Origin: Nitrospiria bacterium
GTDB lineage: Bacteria; Nitrospirota; Nitrospiria; Nitrospirales; NS-4
Length of the DNA: 64,000 nucleotides
Direction of reading: 5' to 3'
Assembly (NCBI GenBank): GCA_041490525.1
Contig: JBGPTH010000002.1
Coordinates: forward strand, 67,214-131,213
Part shown: piece after piece, positions 9,057 through 18,574 of the stretch
Layout: every line of letters begins with the position of its first letter
Numbering within the stretch: position 1 is the stretch's first letter
Notes under the pieces: model-generated
Told to the model about the DNA's origin: nothing
The model's database searches: none
What the model saw: the letters and a program-made list of their open reading frames with translations, nothing else
Made by a program: the position numbers and the translations under genes

Positions 9057-9977
9057 TCAGTGGCCCAATGATTCCAGATACCGTTCGCAGTCCATGGCGG
9101 CCATGCACCCGGAGCCGGCCGCCGTGATGGCCTGGCGATACACATGGTCTTGCACGTCCCCCGCGGCAAACACCCCGGGCACGCTTGTCCGGGTGCCGTC
9201 GCGGGTGAGGATATAGCCTTTTTCACCCATCGCCAATAGATCCGCAAACAGGGTAGTGTTGGGGAAATGACCGATCGCCACAAATACGCCGTCACAGGGT
9301 TTCTCGGTGACCGCGCCGGTCTTGACGTCCTTGATCCTCACGCCGGTCACCACAGGCTGGCCCAGGATCTCGACGATCACCGCGTTCCAAATGAAGCCGA
9401 TCTTTGGATTCTTCGTGGCCCGGTCCTGCATGATCTTGGAGGCCCGGAGCTTGTCGCGGCGATGAACGACCGTGACGCGCGAGGCGAACTTCGTGAGGAA
9501 GGTCGCCTCCTCCATCGCAGCATCGCCGCCCCCAACCACCACGAGCTCCTTCCCCCGGAAGAAAAAGCCGTCGCAGGTGGCGCAGGTTGAGACCCCGTGC
9601 CCCAGCAGGCGGCGCTCCGACTCCAGTCCCAACATGACCGCGGAGGCACCGGTTGCGATGATGAGCGTCCGGGTCTCGACCGTCCGCTCGCCCTCGATCG
9701 TGAGGGTGAAGGGGGACCGCTTGAGGTCCAAGGCCGACACGTCGCCGCGCAGGAACTCCGTCCCGAAACGCTCGGCCTGCCCCCGCATCTCCTTGATGAG
9801 GTCGGGGCCGAGGATGGCATGGCGAAACCCGGGATAGTTTTCCACCTCGGTGGTGAGCCCCAATTGGCCGCCGGCCTGCACTCCTTCGATCAGGAGGGGG
9901 GAGAGGTTTGCGCGGCCGGAATAAATGGCCGCGGTGAGCCCCGCCGGCCCGGACCCCATGATGACGACATTCCGCAT
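9057..9977 (-). CDS. trxB: thioredoxin-disulfide reductase
   Basis: Start taken at [13 protein letters not shown]. It has the redox-active CATCDG and the NADPH motif GGGDAA. Confidence 0.9.
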   Translation of the reverse strand: MRNVVIMGSGPAGLTAAIYSGRANLSPLLIEGVQAGGQLGLTTEVENYPGFRHAILGPDLIKEMRGQAERFGTEFLRGDVSALDLKRSPFTLTIEGERTVETRTLIIATGASAVMLGLESERRLLGHGVSTCATCDGFFFRGKELVVVGGGDAAMEEATFLTKFASRVTVVHRRDKLRASKIMQDRATKNPKIGFIWNAVIVEILGQPVVTGVRIKDVKTGAVTEKPCDGVFVAIGHFPNTTLFADLLAMGEKGYILTRDGTRTSVPGVFAAGDVQDHVYRQAITAAGSGCMAAMDCERYLESLGH

Positions 9978-10249
9978 GGCGGGACTGTAGCACAGGGCGC
10001 CGCCGGAAAGCACGGTTCAAGGAATTGGCGGGTCCCAGCCTGACAACTCCTGACATCCTGGGCGTTTTCTGTCTTTTTCTGACCCGACCGGTTTTTTCAG
10101 TTCAGTTTGCCTCTTTCCTCCCCGTGTCGAAGTGCCTGATTTTTCTACGCCAAACCGCAGATGTCAAAGATTTCCTAGGATGATCAAAACCTTCAAGCAC
10201 GCCAATCCTTTGACGTCAGATATGCTCCCCCCCTCGACCGGAGGGACCA

Positions 10250-11152
10250 ATGTCACGGCAAGATTCCAATCCGCTCCTCAAAATGATCTTAGGGTCATTC
10301 CTGGCCGGAGCTTCCTGTCTCCTGTGGGTGGGAACGGCCCTTGCCGAGACGTTGGTCTGCCCCGGCCCGGACAGGACCGAGCTTTTTACTGACCGGAGCG
10401 GACCTGGTTGTCGAAAGTTTGTTGAAAAAAATTCTGTCCAAATCTACCAGGGCACGCCGCGACACTCCTACTCGGCGTCTGCGCCGCTCCCCGTGCCTCC
10501 CTCCTCCGCGTTTCCTGAAATGAAACCCTCGTCTTTCCCTGCTGTCAGGGGCCAGGTGCCGATCCTCATGGTGAATAAACTTTCCTCCGGAAATCCGGAT
10601 CGGGGGACGCCAATGGCGAATGCCGGGGAGATGGCCTGGGTGGACCTGGCTATCAACTATCTCGAGGCGGGGACGGGTCCGGAGGCCACCACCGATTCTC
10701 ATTTTGGAGAGAGCGTCGAAGCGTCACTGCGAAACGCGACGATTGCCGCGGGGAAAGCGGTGGGTTACGATCCTCGATTCCTCAAGGTCCATCTGTCCAT
10801 CCGGACCTCCTTCCTCCACAACCGCCTCCATATTGATGGTCCCAGCGCGGGAGTGGTCATGGCGGTGGGGATTGCGTCGGCTCTGCTCGGGGATTCCCTG
10901 CGTCCGGATGTCTGCATGTCCGGGACCATGAACCCCAACCTGGAAGTGGGACCGGTCGGAGGATTGGAGGAAAAGATCAAGGGGTGCAACCAGTTCAATC
11001 ACCGGGAGATGATCCTCCCTTCGGGACAGACCTCGATGGACCTGACCTTGAAGGGGATGGGCTATCGGATCAAGCTGACGGAGGTGAGCACCTTGGCTGA
11101 AGCCTATCAGGCTGCGACCGGGTTACCAATTCGCCTGTCTTCCCTTCAATAG
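10250..11152 (+). CDS. secreted protein with C-terminal Lon-type (S16) protease domain
   Basis: 300 aa with signal peptide ILGSFLAGASCLLWVGTALAE. The C-terminal half carries the Lon catalytic Ser motif DGPSAG and a downstream GGLEEKIKG (candidate catalytic Lys). There is no ATPase domain. Confidence 0.65.
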   Translation: MSRQDSNPLLKMILGSFLAGASCLLWVGTALAETLVCPGPDRTELFTDRSGPGCRKFVEKNSVQIYQGTPRHSYSASAPLPVPPSSAFPEMKPSSFPAVRGQVPILMVNKLSSGNPDRGTPMANAGEMAWVDLAINYLEAGTGPEATTDSHFGESVEASLRNATIAAGKAVGYDPRFLKVHLSIRTSFLHNRLHIDGPSAGVVMAVGIASALLGDSLRPDVCMSGTMNPNLEVGPVGGLEEKIKGCNQFNHREMILPSGQTSMDLTLKGMGYRIKLTEVSTLAEAYQAATGLPIRLSSLQ

Positions 11153-11190
11153 ACCACCGACCCACAAATTATTCCGTAACAATTCCTCGG

Positions 11191-11793
11191 TCATGCCAGC
11201 CCCTGCAACTCCGCATAAATTTTCTTCACATCCTGTCTCAGCCGCTCGATCGGCAGCGTGCCGTCGATGACATAGTCGGCGACCTTGACCTTTTCGGCGA
11301 GCGGCATCTGGGCGTGAATGCGTTTGCGCGCGTCCTCCTCTGACAGGTGATTGCGCCCCATGAGCCGTTGGATCTGCGTCTTCTCGTCGGCGGTGACGAC
11401 GATCACCCGGTCCTTGGTCTTGTGCGCCCCGGTCTCGATGAGCAAGGCGGCGTCGAAGATGATCACGGCGTGGGGGCCGTTGGCCGCAGGAGCCCGGCAG
11501 AGCCGCTCCTCCTCGGTGAAGACGTAAGGGTGGATGATGGCCTCCAGCCGTTGGCGCTGAGCGGAATCGGCGAAGACACGCCTGCCGAGTCCCTCCCGGT
11601 CCACGGTCCCGTCCGGACGCAGCACGTCGCGCCCGAAGGCCTCGATGATTTCCTTGTAGGCGGGCCGGCCCGGTTCCACCGCCTCGCGCGCCAGCACGTC
11701 CGCGTCGATGAGGTGTGCTCCGCATTCCACAAAGAGCCGCGAGACCGTGCTTTTGCCGGTCGCGATCCCCCCTGTCAGGCCGACTCGCAACAT
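11191..11793 (-). CDS. coaE: dephospho-CoA kinase
   Basis: Start taken at MLRVGLTGGIATGKST (P-loop). The 123 upstream codons of the long ORF are Arg/Pro-rich and were not accepted. Confidence 0.85.
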   Translation of the reverse strand: MLRVGLTGGIATGKSTVSRLFVECGAHLIDADVLAREAVEPGRPAYKEIIEAFGRDVLRPDGTVDREGLGRRVFADSAQRQRLEAIIHPYVFTEEERLCRAPAANGPHAVIIFDAALLIETGAHKTKDRVIVVTADEKTQIQRLMGRNHLSEEDARKRIHAQMPLAEKVKVADYVIDGTLPIERLRQDVKKIYAELQGLA

Positions 11794-11850
11794 CCCAAAA
11801 CGATAGCACATTGCATCGGCCCGTGAAAGCTCGGTACAATCCCCGCGCGT

Positions 11851-12450
11851 ATGAGCACGGACCTTATCGATGATGGGATAAAAGCCCAATTGAGCCGGGA
11901 GTGGGACCGGTTCAGGAAGGCGTTGTCTCAGGCCGGCGATATCGGCGAGTTGAACCCGGGGGAGTGGCGCATCCTCGCGACGCGCGACCGGAAGGGCCTT
12001 CCGCCCGCCGTCTCGGTGGCGACGCTGCAGCGGCTCGTCACGCTCGAGAAATCCGGCCTTCGCGGGCAGGCTATCCGGGGCGGGGAAGAGACCAAGGACC
12101 CGACGATGCGGCTGGCGGTGCAGGCGCGGGCGGGCGAGCCGCGCCTCCAGGACGCCGATCACAGCGAAGTCTATGCGGTCCTGGCCTACCAGGCAGGCAG
12201 GCGCTTGGGATTAAGTGAAAGTCAGGCGGTGGCCTTCGGAGATGCCGTGGCCTACCTGCTGACCGGCTGGAGCCAGGCCCATGCCGAAGCGCGCCATCTG
12301 GACAGAGTGATGATGGAGTTTAAAAAGGGGGCCGGTTCTCCGCCCGAAGGAGGATTCGTCTGGAGCGACCTCCACTCCCTGATGAGCCGCAAGGGGTTCA
12401 AGCAGATGGTGGAAGCGGCGCGGGCCATCGGCACGGCGGGGGCCCGATGA
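11851..12450 (+). CDS. hypothetical protein
   Basis: 199-aa ATG ORF with an ATGA overlap onto the next gene. No domain was recognised. Confidence 0.45.
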   Translation: MSTDLIDDGIKAQLSREWDRFRKALSQAGDIGELNPGEWRILATRDRKGLPPAVSVATLQRLVTLEKSGLRGQAIRGGEETKDPTMRLAVQARAGEPRLQDADHSEVYAVLAYQAGRRLGLSESQAVAFGDAVAYLLTGWSQAHAEARHLDRVMMEFKKGAGSPPEGGFVWSDLHSLMSRKGFKQMVEAARAIGTAGAR

Positions 12451-13208
12451 GGCGAAGCCTGGTTGGGGCCGCCTTGGGCGCCCTGTGCCTGGCGTGGCCG
12501 GCAGGTGTTGCTGCCGCCGAGGCGCCGTCGTCCGGTCGGGTCGTCGTAGTGGCTCCGGATGGGTCGGGCGCCTACACCGAAATTCAGACGGCGATCGACA
12601 GCGCGATGCCGGGTGACACGATCCTCATCAAGGCCGGCAGCTATCGAGAGGATGTGGTCGTCCACAGCAAGAATCGGCTGCGGTTGGTGGGGGAGTCGCG
12701 GGACAAGGTATCGATACTCGGCTTGAAGCGGGTCGGGGCCCTCCGGGTCGGCAAGTGGCCGTATGGCGCCAGCGAGATCGAGATCCGCGATCTGACCATC
12801 TCCCAAAACGGCGGCCTCGCCGTCGGTATCTTCAACGGAACCCGGATCCTTCTCTCCAACATCCGTGTCCAGGGGCTCTGTTATATCCAGCAGGCGACGG
12901 GGGTGCGCATCGAGCACAGCCTGCTCGGCGGCAGCGAGACCACCGGTGTGTCGTTCTCGGATGCCCAAGGAGAGCTGGTCGGCAACCGAATCAGCGAGAA
13001 CGACTATGGGGTCACGGTCGCTGGGAAGTCGGAGGTGCGCATTGAAGGGAACACGATCGCGAACAATCTGTATGACGCCGTCGTCTTTGAGCCCGGATCA
13101 AAGGGCGTAGTCGTTGGAAACACATTCGTCAAGAACGGTCGGAACGTCTCAGTTCAGGAAGGCGCCCACGCTGAAGATGCCGGCAATTTCGGGCCTCCCG
13201 CTCCATGA
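12447..13208 (+). CDS. secreted right-handed parallel beta-helix repeat protein (NosD/pectin-lyase-fold-like)
   Basis: 253 aa with signal peptide GAALGALCLAWPAGVAAAEA. It has periodic beta-helix repeats (IRDLTISQN.., ILLSNIRVQG.., IEHSLLGG.., LVGNRISEN.., IEGNTIANN.., VVGNTFVKN). Confidence 0.65.
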   Translation: MRRSLVGAALGALCLAWPAGVAAAEAPSSGRVVVVAPDGSGAYTEIQTAIDSAMPGDTILIKAGSYREDVVVHSKNRLRLVGESRDKVSILGLKRVGALRVGKWPYGASEIEIRDLTISQNGGLAVGIFNGTRILLSNIRVQGLCYIQQATGVRIEHSLLGGSETTGVSFSDAQGELVGNRISENDYGVTVAGKSEVRIEGNTIANNLYDAVVFEPGSKGVVVGNTFVKNGRNVSVQEGAHAEDAGNFGPPAP

Positions 13209-13936
13209 TGGACGAAACCTACCTCGCTCAGGCGGCGGAGATTCGACAGCTTACGGCCGACGTCCGCGAGATCACCTTCCGGATGGTGGACCCGCCGACG
13301 TTGGAGTTTCGGGCCGGCCAGGCGATTTCGGTCCGCGGCGGGAGTTTTTTCGATAAGCGCATGAAGCGCACTTACTCCATCGCCTCGCCCCCCTCGCTGA
13401 AGAACCGGTTTACCCTGTCGGTCCGTCTCGTTGGAGGCTACAAGGGCACCGAATTCATGCGGCGGATCCAGGTCGGCGACACGATGTCCTTCATGCCCCC
13501 GTTCGGAGACTTCGTCGTGGATTCGGCCCGCTCCGGCCCGCTGGTCTTCATCGCGACGGGGACCGGCACCAGCCCCTGCCGGGCCATCATTCATGATCTG
13601 CTCGGCAAAGGCAGCGGCCGGCCGATGACGTTTTATTTTGGGGTGGCCCGACCGGAGGACATCATCTACGAAGAGGAGTTCCGGACCCTGGAGAAGGCGC
13701 ACCCCAACTTTCGATACGTTGCGACCGTGACCGAACCGGGGTCCTGCTGGAACGGGCGCCGTGGCAAGGTGGCCGACCTCGTCCGCCATCTCCAGGAGCT
13801 TCCCCAGGAGGCCGACTGGTACCTCTCCGGCAACGGGGCGATGATCGACGAAGTGCAGGATATTCTCAGGACCCGCGGCGTCCCCGTCGATCGCTTTCAC
13901 ATCGAGAAATACTTCCCGGCTTTCCTGCCCCGCTGA
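13205..13936 (+). CDS. FAD/NAD(P)-binding oxidoreductase (ferredoxin-NADP reductase-like)
   Basis: 243 aa with the FAD motif RTYSIAS and the NAD motif FIATGTGTSP. It overlaps the upstream stop (ATGA). Confidence 0.75.
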   Translation: MMDETYLAQAAEIRQLTADVREITFRMVDPPTLEFRAGQAISVRGGSFFDKRMKRTYSIASPPSLKNRFTLSVRLVGGYKGTEFMRRIQVGDTMSFMPPFGDFVVDSARSGPLVFIATGTGTSPCRAIIHDLLGKGSGRPMTFYFGVARPEDIIYEEEFRTLEKAHPNFRYVATVTEPGSCWNGRRGKVADLVRHLQELPQEADWYLSGNGAMIDEVQDILRTRGVPVDRFHIEKYFPAFLPR

Positions 13937-13937
13937 T

Positions 13938-14621
13938 TCACATCGGTTCGATGCAGGCGGGGTCGTCGTTGCTGGGATTGTTGACTCGCAGGCTCACCGG
14001 GTAGGCAGTCATCTCCTCAGGGGGATAGGGACCGAGGAGACGGCGTATCTTCCCGGCGTCACGGACATCGGGATCGAGCCAGAGGTCGTAGTCCGCGGGG
14101 GAGAGGATGACCGGCATCCGGTCGTGCACCGGCCGCAGCAGGTCGTTGGGCTCGGTGGTCAGCAGCGCGCACGATTCGATGGTCCGGCCGTCCGGTCCCT
14201 CCCATCGCTCCCACAATCCGGCAAAGGCAAACAGCTTCCCGTCGTGCAGGCAGATGTACACCGGTTGCTTGCCGCGCCCCTGATGCTGCCACTCGTAAAA
14301 GCCGTCCGCAGGCACCAGGCAACGCCGCCGCCCCAAGGCCGCTCGAAAGGCCGGTTTCTCGGCTGCGGTTTCCGCTCGCGCGTTGATCATCCGCGCCCCG
14401 ATGCCGGGGTCTTTCGCCCAGCCGGGGATGAGCCCCCAGCGCGCCAGCGTAAGCTCCCGCCCTTCCGCTTGCTGCATGTCTGGGGCAGGGGGCACGCGCA
14501 CGATCGCCACCGGTTGGGACGGTGCGATATTGAAGCGCGGAGTCAGTGAGGGAATCTTCGGAAGCTGGAAGTGTTCAACCAGGAGGTGGGCCGCGGTCTG
14601 AAGGCTGTAGCGTCCGCACAT
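13938..14621 (-). CDS. SOS response-associated peptidase (SRAP/YedK family, abasic-site processing)
   Basis: 227 aa with the N-terminal MCGRYSL (catalytic Cys2) typical of the SRAP family. Confidence 0.85.
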   Translation of the reverse strand: MCGRYSLQTAAHLLVEHFQLPKIPSLTPRFNIAPSQPVAIVRVPPAPDMQQAEGRELTLARWGLIPGWAKDPGIGARMINARAETAAEKPAFRAALGRRRCLVPADGFYEWQHQGRGKQPVYICLHDGKLFAFAGLWERWEGPDGRTIESCALLTTEPNDLLRPVHDRMPVILSPADYDLWLDPDVRDAGKIRRLLGPYPPEEMTAYPVSLRVNNPSNDDPACIEPM

Positions 14622-14642
14622 GGCTTCACCCGAGCCCCACGC

Positions 14643-15938
14643 TCATTTGGGCGCCGCGACGTCAACGGTGACCTTGCCCGGATACAAGGCCCGCGGGTCC
14701 TGGCGAAGGCGCGCCTCGCGCAAGAGAGTCCGTAAGCTGACCGCCACCAAGCCCTCAAAACTTACCATGCCGTTGGTCACGACGGTGACCGGACTGGCAA
14801 GGTCCACCAGCTTCTCGTTGAGGTAGAGCGTGTAGCGCCGCACGCGCTCGGTGCGGAGCTCGATCCGATTGCCTCCGACGATGTGGGCGTCCAGCTTGGC
14901 ATACTCGCGCTTTTTCACCGCCTCGTCGCGGCGATCAATGAGGTTCTCCGAAAACTCGGCGATGCGATCCGTCGCGTCGATGCGGGCCCAGCCGAACGGC
15001 AGGAGATGGGACGCGTCCTGCACGAAGGTCAGCTTCGTGGGATTCGGATTCCGGCGCTGGTGGGCGAGCCATGCCACAAGATCGGGCAATTCCTCCCGCG
15101 GGAAAAAATGACCGCCGGCCATCGGGTGCACGCGGTCGTGTTCGCGATATATGTAGGCATACCCCAGACGGTCCAGTTCCTTGGCGATCGCGCGGCTCAG
15201 CCCCACCGGCATGACCTCATCCTGTCGTCCGTGGATGATGTACAGCGGGGTCTGACGGAAATTCTCAAGGAAGGGCATCAGGACATTATCAAGGCCGGCG
15301 GCCATCGGCACGATGGCCGCAAACCGTATCGCATGGTGTGCCCCGATCAGATACGCGCCGATCCCGCCGTTGGACATGCCGGTCAGAAACACCCGGTCGG
15401 GATCGATGTGGTAGCGGGATGAGACGGCATGGATTGTGGCGAGGGTCAGATCCTCGCCGGTCCTCGTCCACCAATTTCCCTCCATCAGCGTCGGACAGGC
15501 GAGGATATAGGCCTCCCCCAAGCGGGTCTGCCACCGCTCCAGGTAGCTGTCGCCGGTGAAGCCGGCCCCGTGGAGGCAGATGACGAGTCCATAGGATTGG
15601 TCGGGACGATAGGAGTTCGGGACGTACAGGCCGAAGGCGAACGCCCGGGCGCCCACCCGGACCTCCTGGCCGGGTTGTGCGCCTACCGGCTGAATCCCGT
15701 AGGAGCGGCCTGCGGCGAGCACGGCCCCGACCGTGGTCACGGTCGCATCCGTGCGGCTCAGGATATTTTCGAGAAGCTGATCCGCCTTCTCGGCGTCAGG
15801 GGTCTCCACGTAGTTGCGGACCAAGGCCTGGAGGTCCGGGGCGACCGGCGCGGCTGCCTGATCGCTCCACGCAGGGAGGGCTGTATTCAGGCCGAGCACG
15901 AGGATGAGCAACAGAAGCGAGGCTGGGCGCAGGGGCAT
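14643..15938 (-). CDS. secreted alpha/beta hydrolase (esterase/peptidase-like)
   Basis: 431 aa with a signal peptide (LLLLILVLGLNTALPAWS) and the nucleophile elbow GMSNGG. Confidence 0.65.
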   Translation of the reverse strand: MPLRPASLLLLILVLGLNTALPAWSDQAAAPVAPDLQALVRNYVETPDAEKADQLLENILSRTDATVTTVGAVLAAGRSYGIQPVGAQPGQEVRVGARAFAFGLYVPNSYRPDQSYGLVICLHGAGFTGDSYLERWQTRLGEAYILACPTLMEGNWWTRTGEDLTLATIHAVSSRYHIDPDRVFLTGMSNGGIGAYLIGAHHAIRFAAIVPMAAGLDNVLMPFLENFRQTPLYIIHGRQDEVMPVGLSRAIAKELDRLGYAYIYREHDRVHPMAGGHFFPREELPDLVAWLAHQRRNPNPTKLTFVQDASHLLPFGWARIDATDRIAEFSENLIDRRDEAVKKREYAKLDAHIVGGNRIELRTERVRRYTLYLNEKLVDLASPVTVVTNGMVSFEGLVAVSLRTLLREARLRQDPRALYPGKVTVDVAAPK

Positions 15939-16036
15939 GAAATCACGCTAGCACGCCGGTTAGGGCTTGTCAAAAAGGTCTCGGAAAATGTACCCTGTTA
16001 GCTTCACCACCTGCTTGACGAAAGGAGCATGATGGC

Positions 16037-17209
16037 ATGGCCGGATTTCCGATAGAGCCCGCGGGCCGGATCAAGACCCTGCCGCCCTATCTCTTTGCGG
16101 CGATCGACGAGCTGAAACAGAAGGCGATCGCCCGGGGGGTGGATATCATCAATCTTGGGATCGGCGATCCGGACCTGCCGACCCCCGCGCCGATCGTCGA
16201 GCGGATGCGGCAAGCGGCGGCGGACCCCAAGCATCACCAGTATCCGTCCTATGAGGGCATGTTGAGCTTCCGGAAGGCGGTGGCCGACTGGTACCGGCGC
16301 CGCTTCGGGGTGTCGGTCGATCCGGCCGCCGAGGTCCTCACGCTGATCGGGTCGAAGGAGGGGATTGGCCATGTCCCACTGGCCTTCGTGGACCCGGGCG
16401 ACGTCGTGCTGGTGCCGAGCCCCGGCTACCCGGTCTATCCGGTGGGGACGAGCTTCGCCGGCGGCACCCCGTATTTCATGCCCCTGACGAAGGCCAACCG
16501 CTACCTCCCGGACCTGGCTGCCGTGCCGAAGGATGTGGCGCGCAGGGCCAAGCTGATGTACCTCAACTACCCGAACAATCCGACCTCCGCGACGGCCGAC
16601 AAGGAATTCTTCACACGCGCGGTCGCCTTCGCCCACGAGCACCGGATCATCGTCTGCCACGACGCCGCGTATTCCGAGATCTATTACGACGGGCGGCGCC
16701 CGTCCAGCTTCCTGGAGGTGGACGGGGCCAAAGACGTCGGAGTGGAGTTTCACTCGCTGTCCAAGACCTTCAACATGACGGGGTGGCGGATCGGGTTCGC
16801 GGTCGGCAACCGGCAGATTCTGGCCGGCCTCGGGAAGGTCAAGAGCAACCTGGACTCCGGGGTCTTCCAGGCCGTGCAGGAGGCCGGGATCGCCGCCTTG
16901 GAGGCCGGCGACACGCTGGCGAACGGAATCCGATCGGTGTACCAGGAGCGTCGGGACGTGCTGCTGCCGGGGCTCAAGCGGATCGGCCTGGAGGTGGAGC
17001 CGCTCCACGCGACCTTCTACGTCTGGGTCACCGTGCCGAAGGGCTTCACGTCGGCGTCCTTCACGGCCCACCTGCTTGAGCAAGCTGGGATCGTCACGAC
17101 GCCGGGAAACGGGTTTGGGGAGGCCGGCGAGGGCTATGTCCGGTTGACGCTCTGCACCCCGAAGGAACGGCTGCTCGAGGCGATTACGCGGATTGAAAAG
17201 GCCGGATGA
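16037..17209 (+). CDS. class I/II pyridoxal-phosphate aminotransferase (LL-diaminopimelate aminotransferase-like)
   Basis: 390 aa with the PLP-lysine motif SLSKTFNMTGWRIG and the N-terminus LPPYLFAAIDELK...INLGIGDPDLPTP. Confidence 0.8.
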   Translation: MAGFPIEPAGRIKTLPPYLFAAIDELKQKAIARGVDIINLGIGDPDLPTPAPIVERMRQAAADPKHHQYPSYEGMLSFRKAVADWYRRRFGVSVDPAAEVLTLIGSKEGIGHVPLAFVDPGDVVLVPSPGYPVYPVGTSFAGGTPYFMPLTKANRYLPDLAAVPKDVARRAKLMYLNYPNNPTSATADKEFFTRAVAFAHEHRIIVCHDAAYSEIYYDGRRPSSFLEVDGAKDVGVEFHSLSKTFNMTGWRIGFAVGNRQILAGLGKVKSNLDSGVFQAVQEAGIAALEAGDTLANGIRSVYQERRDVLLPGLKRIGLEVEPLHATFYVWVTVPKGFTSASFTAHLLEQAGIVTTPGNGFGEAGEGYVRLTLCTPKERLLEAITRIEKAG

Positions 17210-17748
17210 GCGGCGTGACGGCCTATATCGGGATCGGATCGAATCTGGGGGATCGCCGCGACCTGTGCGCCCGGGCGCTGGGGCTTTTGAATCTGCTCCC
17301 GCACAGCGCCCTGACCGACTACTCCAGCACCTACGAAACCGAACCGGTGGGGGACGCCGGCGGGCCGTTCCTCAACCTCGTGGCCCAAGTGAAGACCGAA
17401 TTGTCGCCCGTGCGGCTGCTCACGATCCTCCAGGAGACGGAGCGGGGCCTGGGCCGCGACCTCGAGCGACAAGCGGGGCCCCGTACCATGGACCTCGATC
17501 TGCTCTTCTACGGCGATCAGGTGATCCGTAAGGAAGGCCGGAATGAGCTCATCGTGCCGCACCCGCGCCTCCACGAACGCCGGTTTGTGCTGACGCCCCT
17601 GGCCGAATTGGCACCGGACTTGATCCACCCGGTTCTGGGGCAGACCGTAGCGGCGCTCTTGGCCGCGCTCCGCGATGCGCATACAGTCCGTCGTCTGGCC
17701 GATCCCGTCGTGCCCTGGACCCGCGATGCGGAAGTTCCGCACTGCTAG
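17206..17748 (+). CDS. folK: 2-amino-4-hydroxy-6-hydroxymethyldihydropteridine diphosphokinase
   Basis: 180 aa with AYIGIGSNLGDR and HPRLHERRFVLTPL. Confidence 0.85.
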   Translation: MSGVTAYIGIGSNLGDRRDLCARALGLLNLLPHSALTDYSSTYETEPVGDAGGPFLNLVAQVKTELSPVRLLTILQETERGLGRDLERQAGPRTMDLDLLFYGDQVIRKEGRNELIVPHPRLHERRFVLTPLAELAPDLIHPVLGQTVAALLAALRDAHTVRRLADPVVPWTRDAEVPHC

Positions 17749-18574
17749 GGCCATGACCGCCTGGGCGCGGGGGCTTCAGCGCGAGGGGGTGACGGTCGGC
17801 TTGGTCCCGACGATGGGCGCGCTGCATGAGGGGCATCGCGCGCTGATCCGGGCGGCGAGGCTCTCGTGCGATGCGGCCGCGGTCAGCATCTTCGTCAACC
17901 CGCTTCAGTTCGGCCCGTCGGAAGACCTGGCCCGGTATCCCCGAACCCTGGCGCGCGATCTCCGCCTCTGCGAGCAGGAGGGTATGGATGCGGTGTTCGT
18001 GCCCAGCCCCCGGGAGATGTTCCCGCGGGGCTTCGAGACGGTCGTGGGCGTCCGGGGCGTGACCCGACGGTTCGAGGGGGTCTCCCGGCCCGGCCACTTT
18101 GAGGGCGTGACCACGGTGGTCACGAAGCTGCTCAACATCGTCCGGCCCGAGAAAGCCTTCTTTGGGCAGAAGGACTATCAGCAGGTGGTGGTGGTCGCAC
18201 GCCTGGTCGAGGACCTGAATCTTTCGACCGAGATCGTTATGCGACCCACGGTTCGGGAGCCCGACGGGCTGGCATTGAGCTCCAGGAATGCGTTCTTGTC
18301 ACCGACCGAACGGAAGGCCGCGGCCGTGCTCTATCGAGCCTTGACGGTGGGGATAGAGATGATCCGAACGGGTGAGCAGTCGGCGAAGACAATCCGGCAG
18401 GCCATGACACGGCTGATCCGGGCCGAAACTTTGGCCCGGCTGGACTATGCGGCCGTGGTCCACCCGACCACGCTCGAAGAGGTTCGGGCAGCGCGGGGCC
18501 GGGTCGTGTTGCTCCTGGCCGTCTGGATCGGAAAGACGCGCCTGATCGATAATCTGGTGGTGACAGCACGATGA
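17726..18574 (+). CDS. panC: pantoate--beta-alanine ligase
   Basis: It has VPTMGALHEGH. The start is taken at the ATG at 17726, which gives a 23-nt overlap with folK. An alternative ATG lies at 17753. Confidence 0.85.
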   Translation: MRKFRTARAMTAWARGLQREGVTVGLVPTMGALHEGHRALIRAARLSCDAAAVSIFVNPLQFGPSEDLARYPRTLARDLRLCEQEGMDAVFVPSPREMFPRGFETVVGVRGVTRRFEGVSRPGHFEGVTTVVTKLLNIVRPEKAFFGQKDYQQVVVVARLVEDLNLSTEIVMRPTVREPDGLALSSRNAFLSPTERKAAAVLYRALTVGIEMIRTGEQSAKTIRQAMTRLIRAETLARLDYAAVVHPTTLEEVRAARGRVVLLLAVWIGKTRLIDNLVVTAR

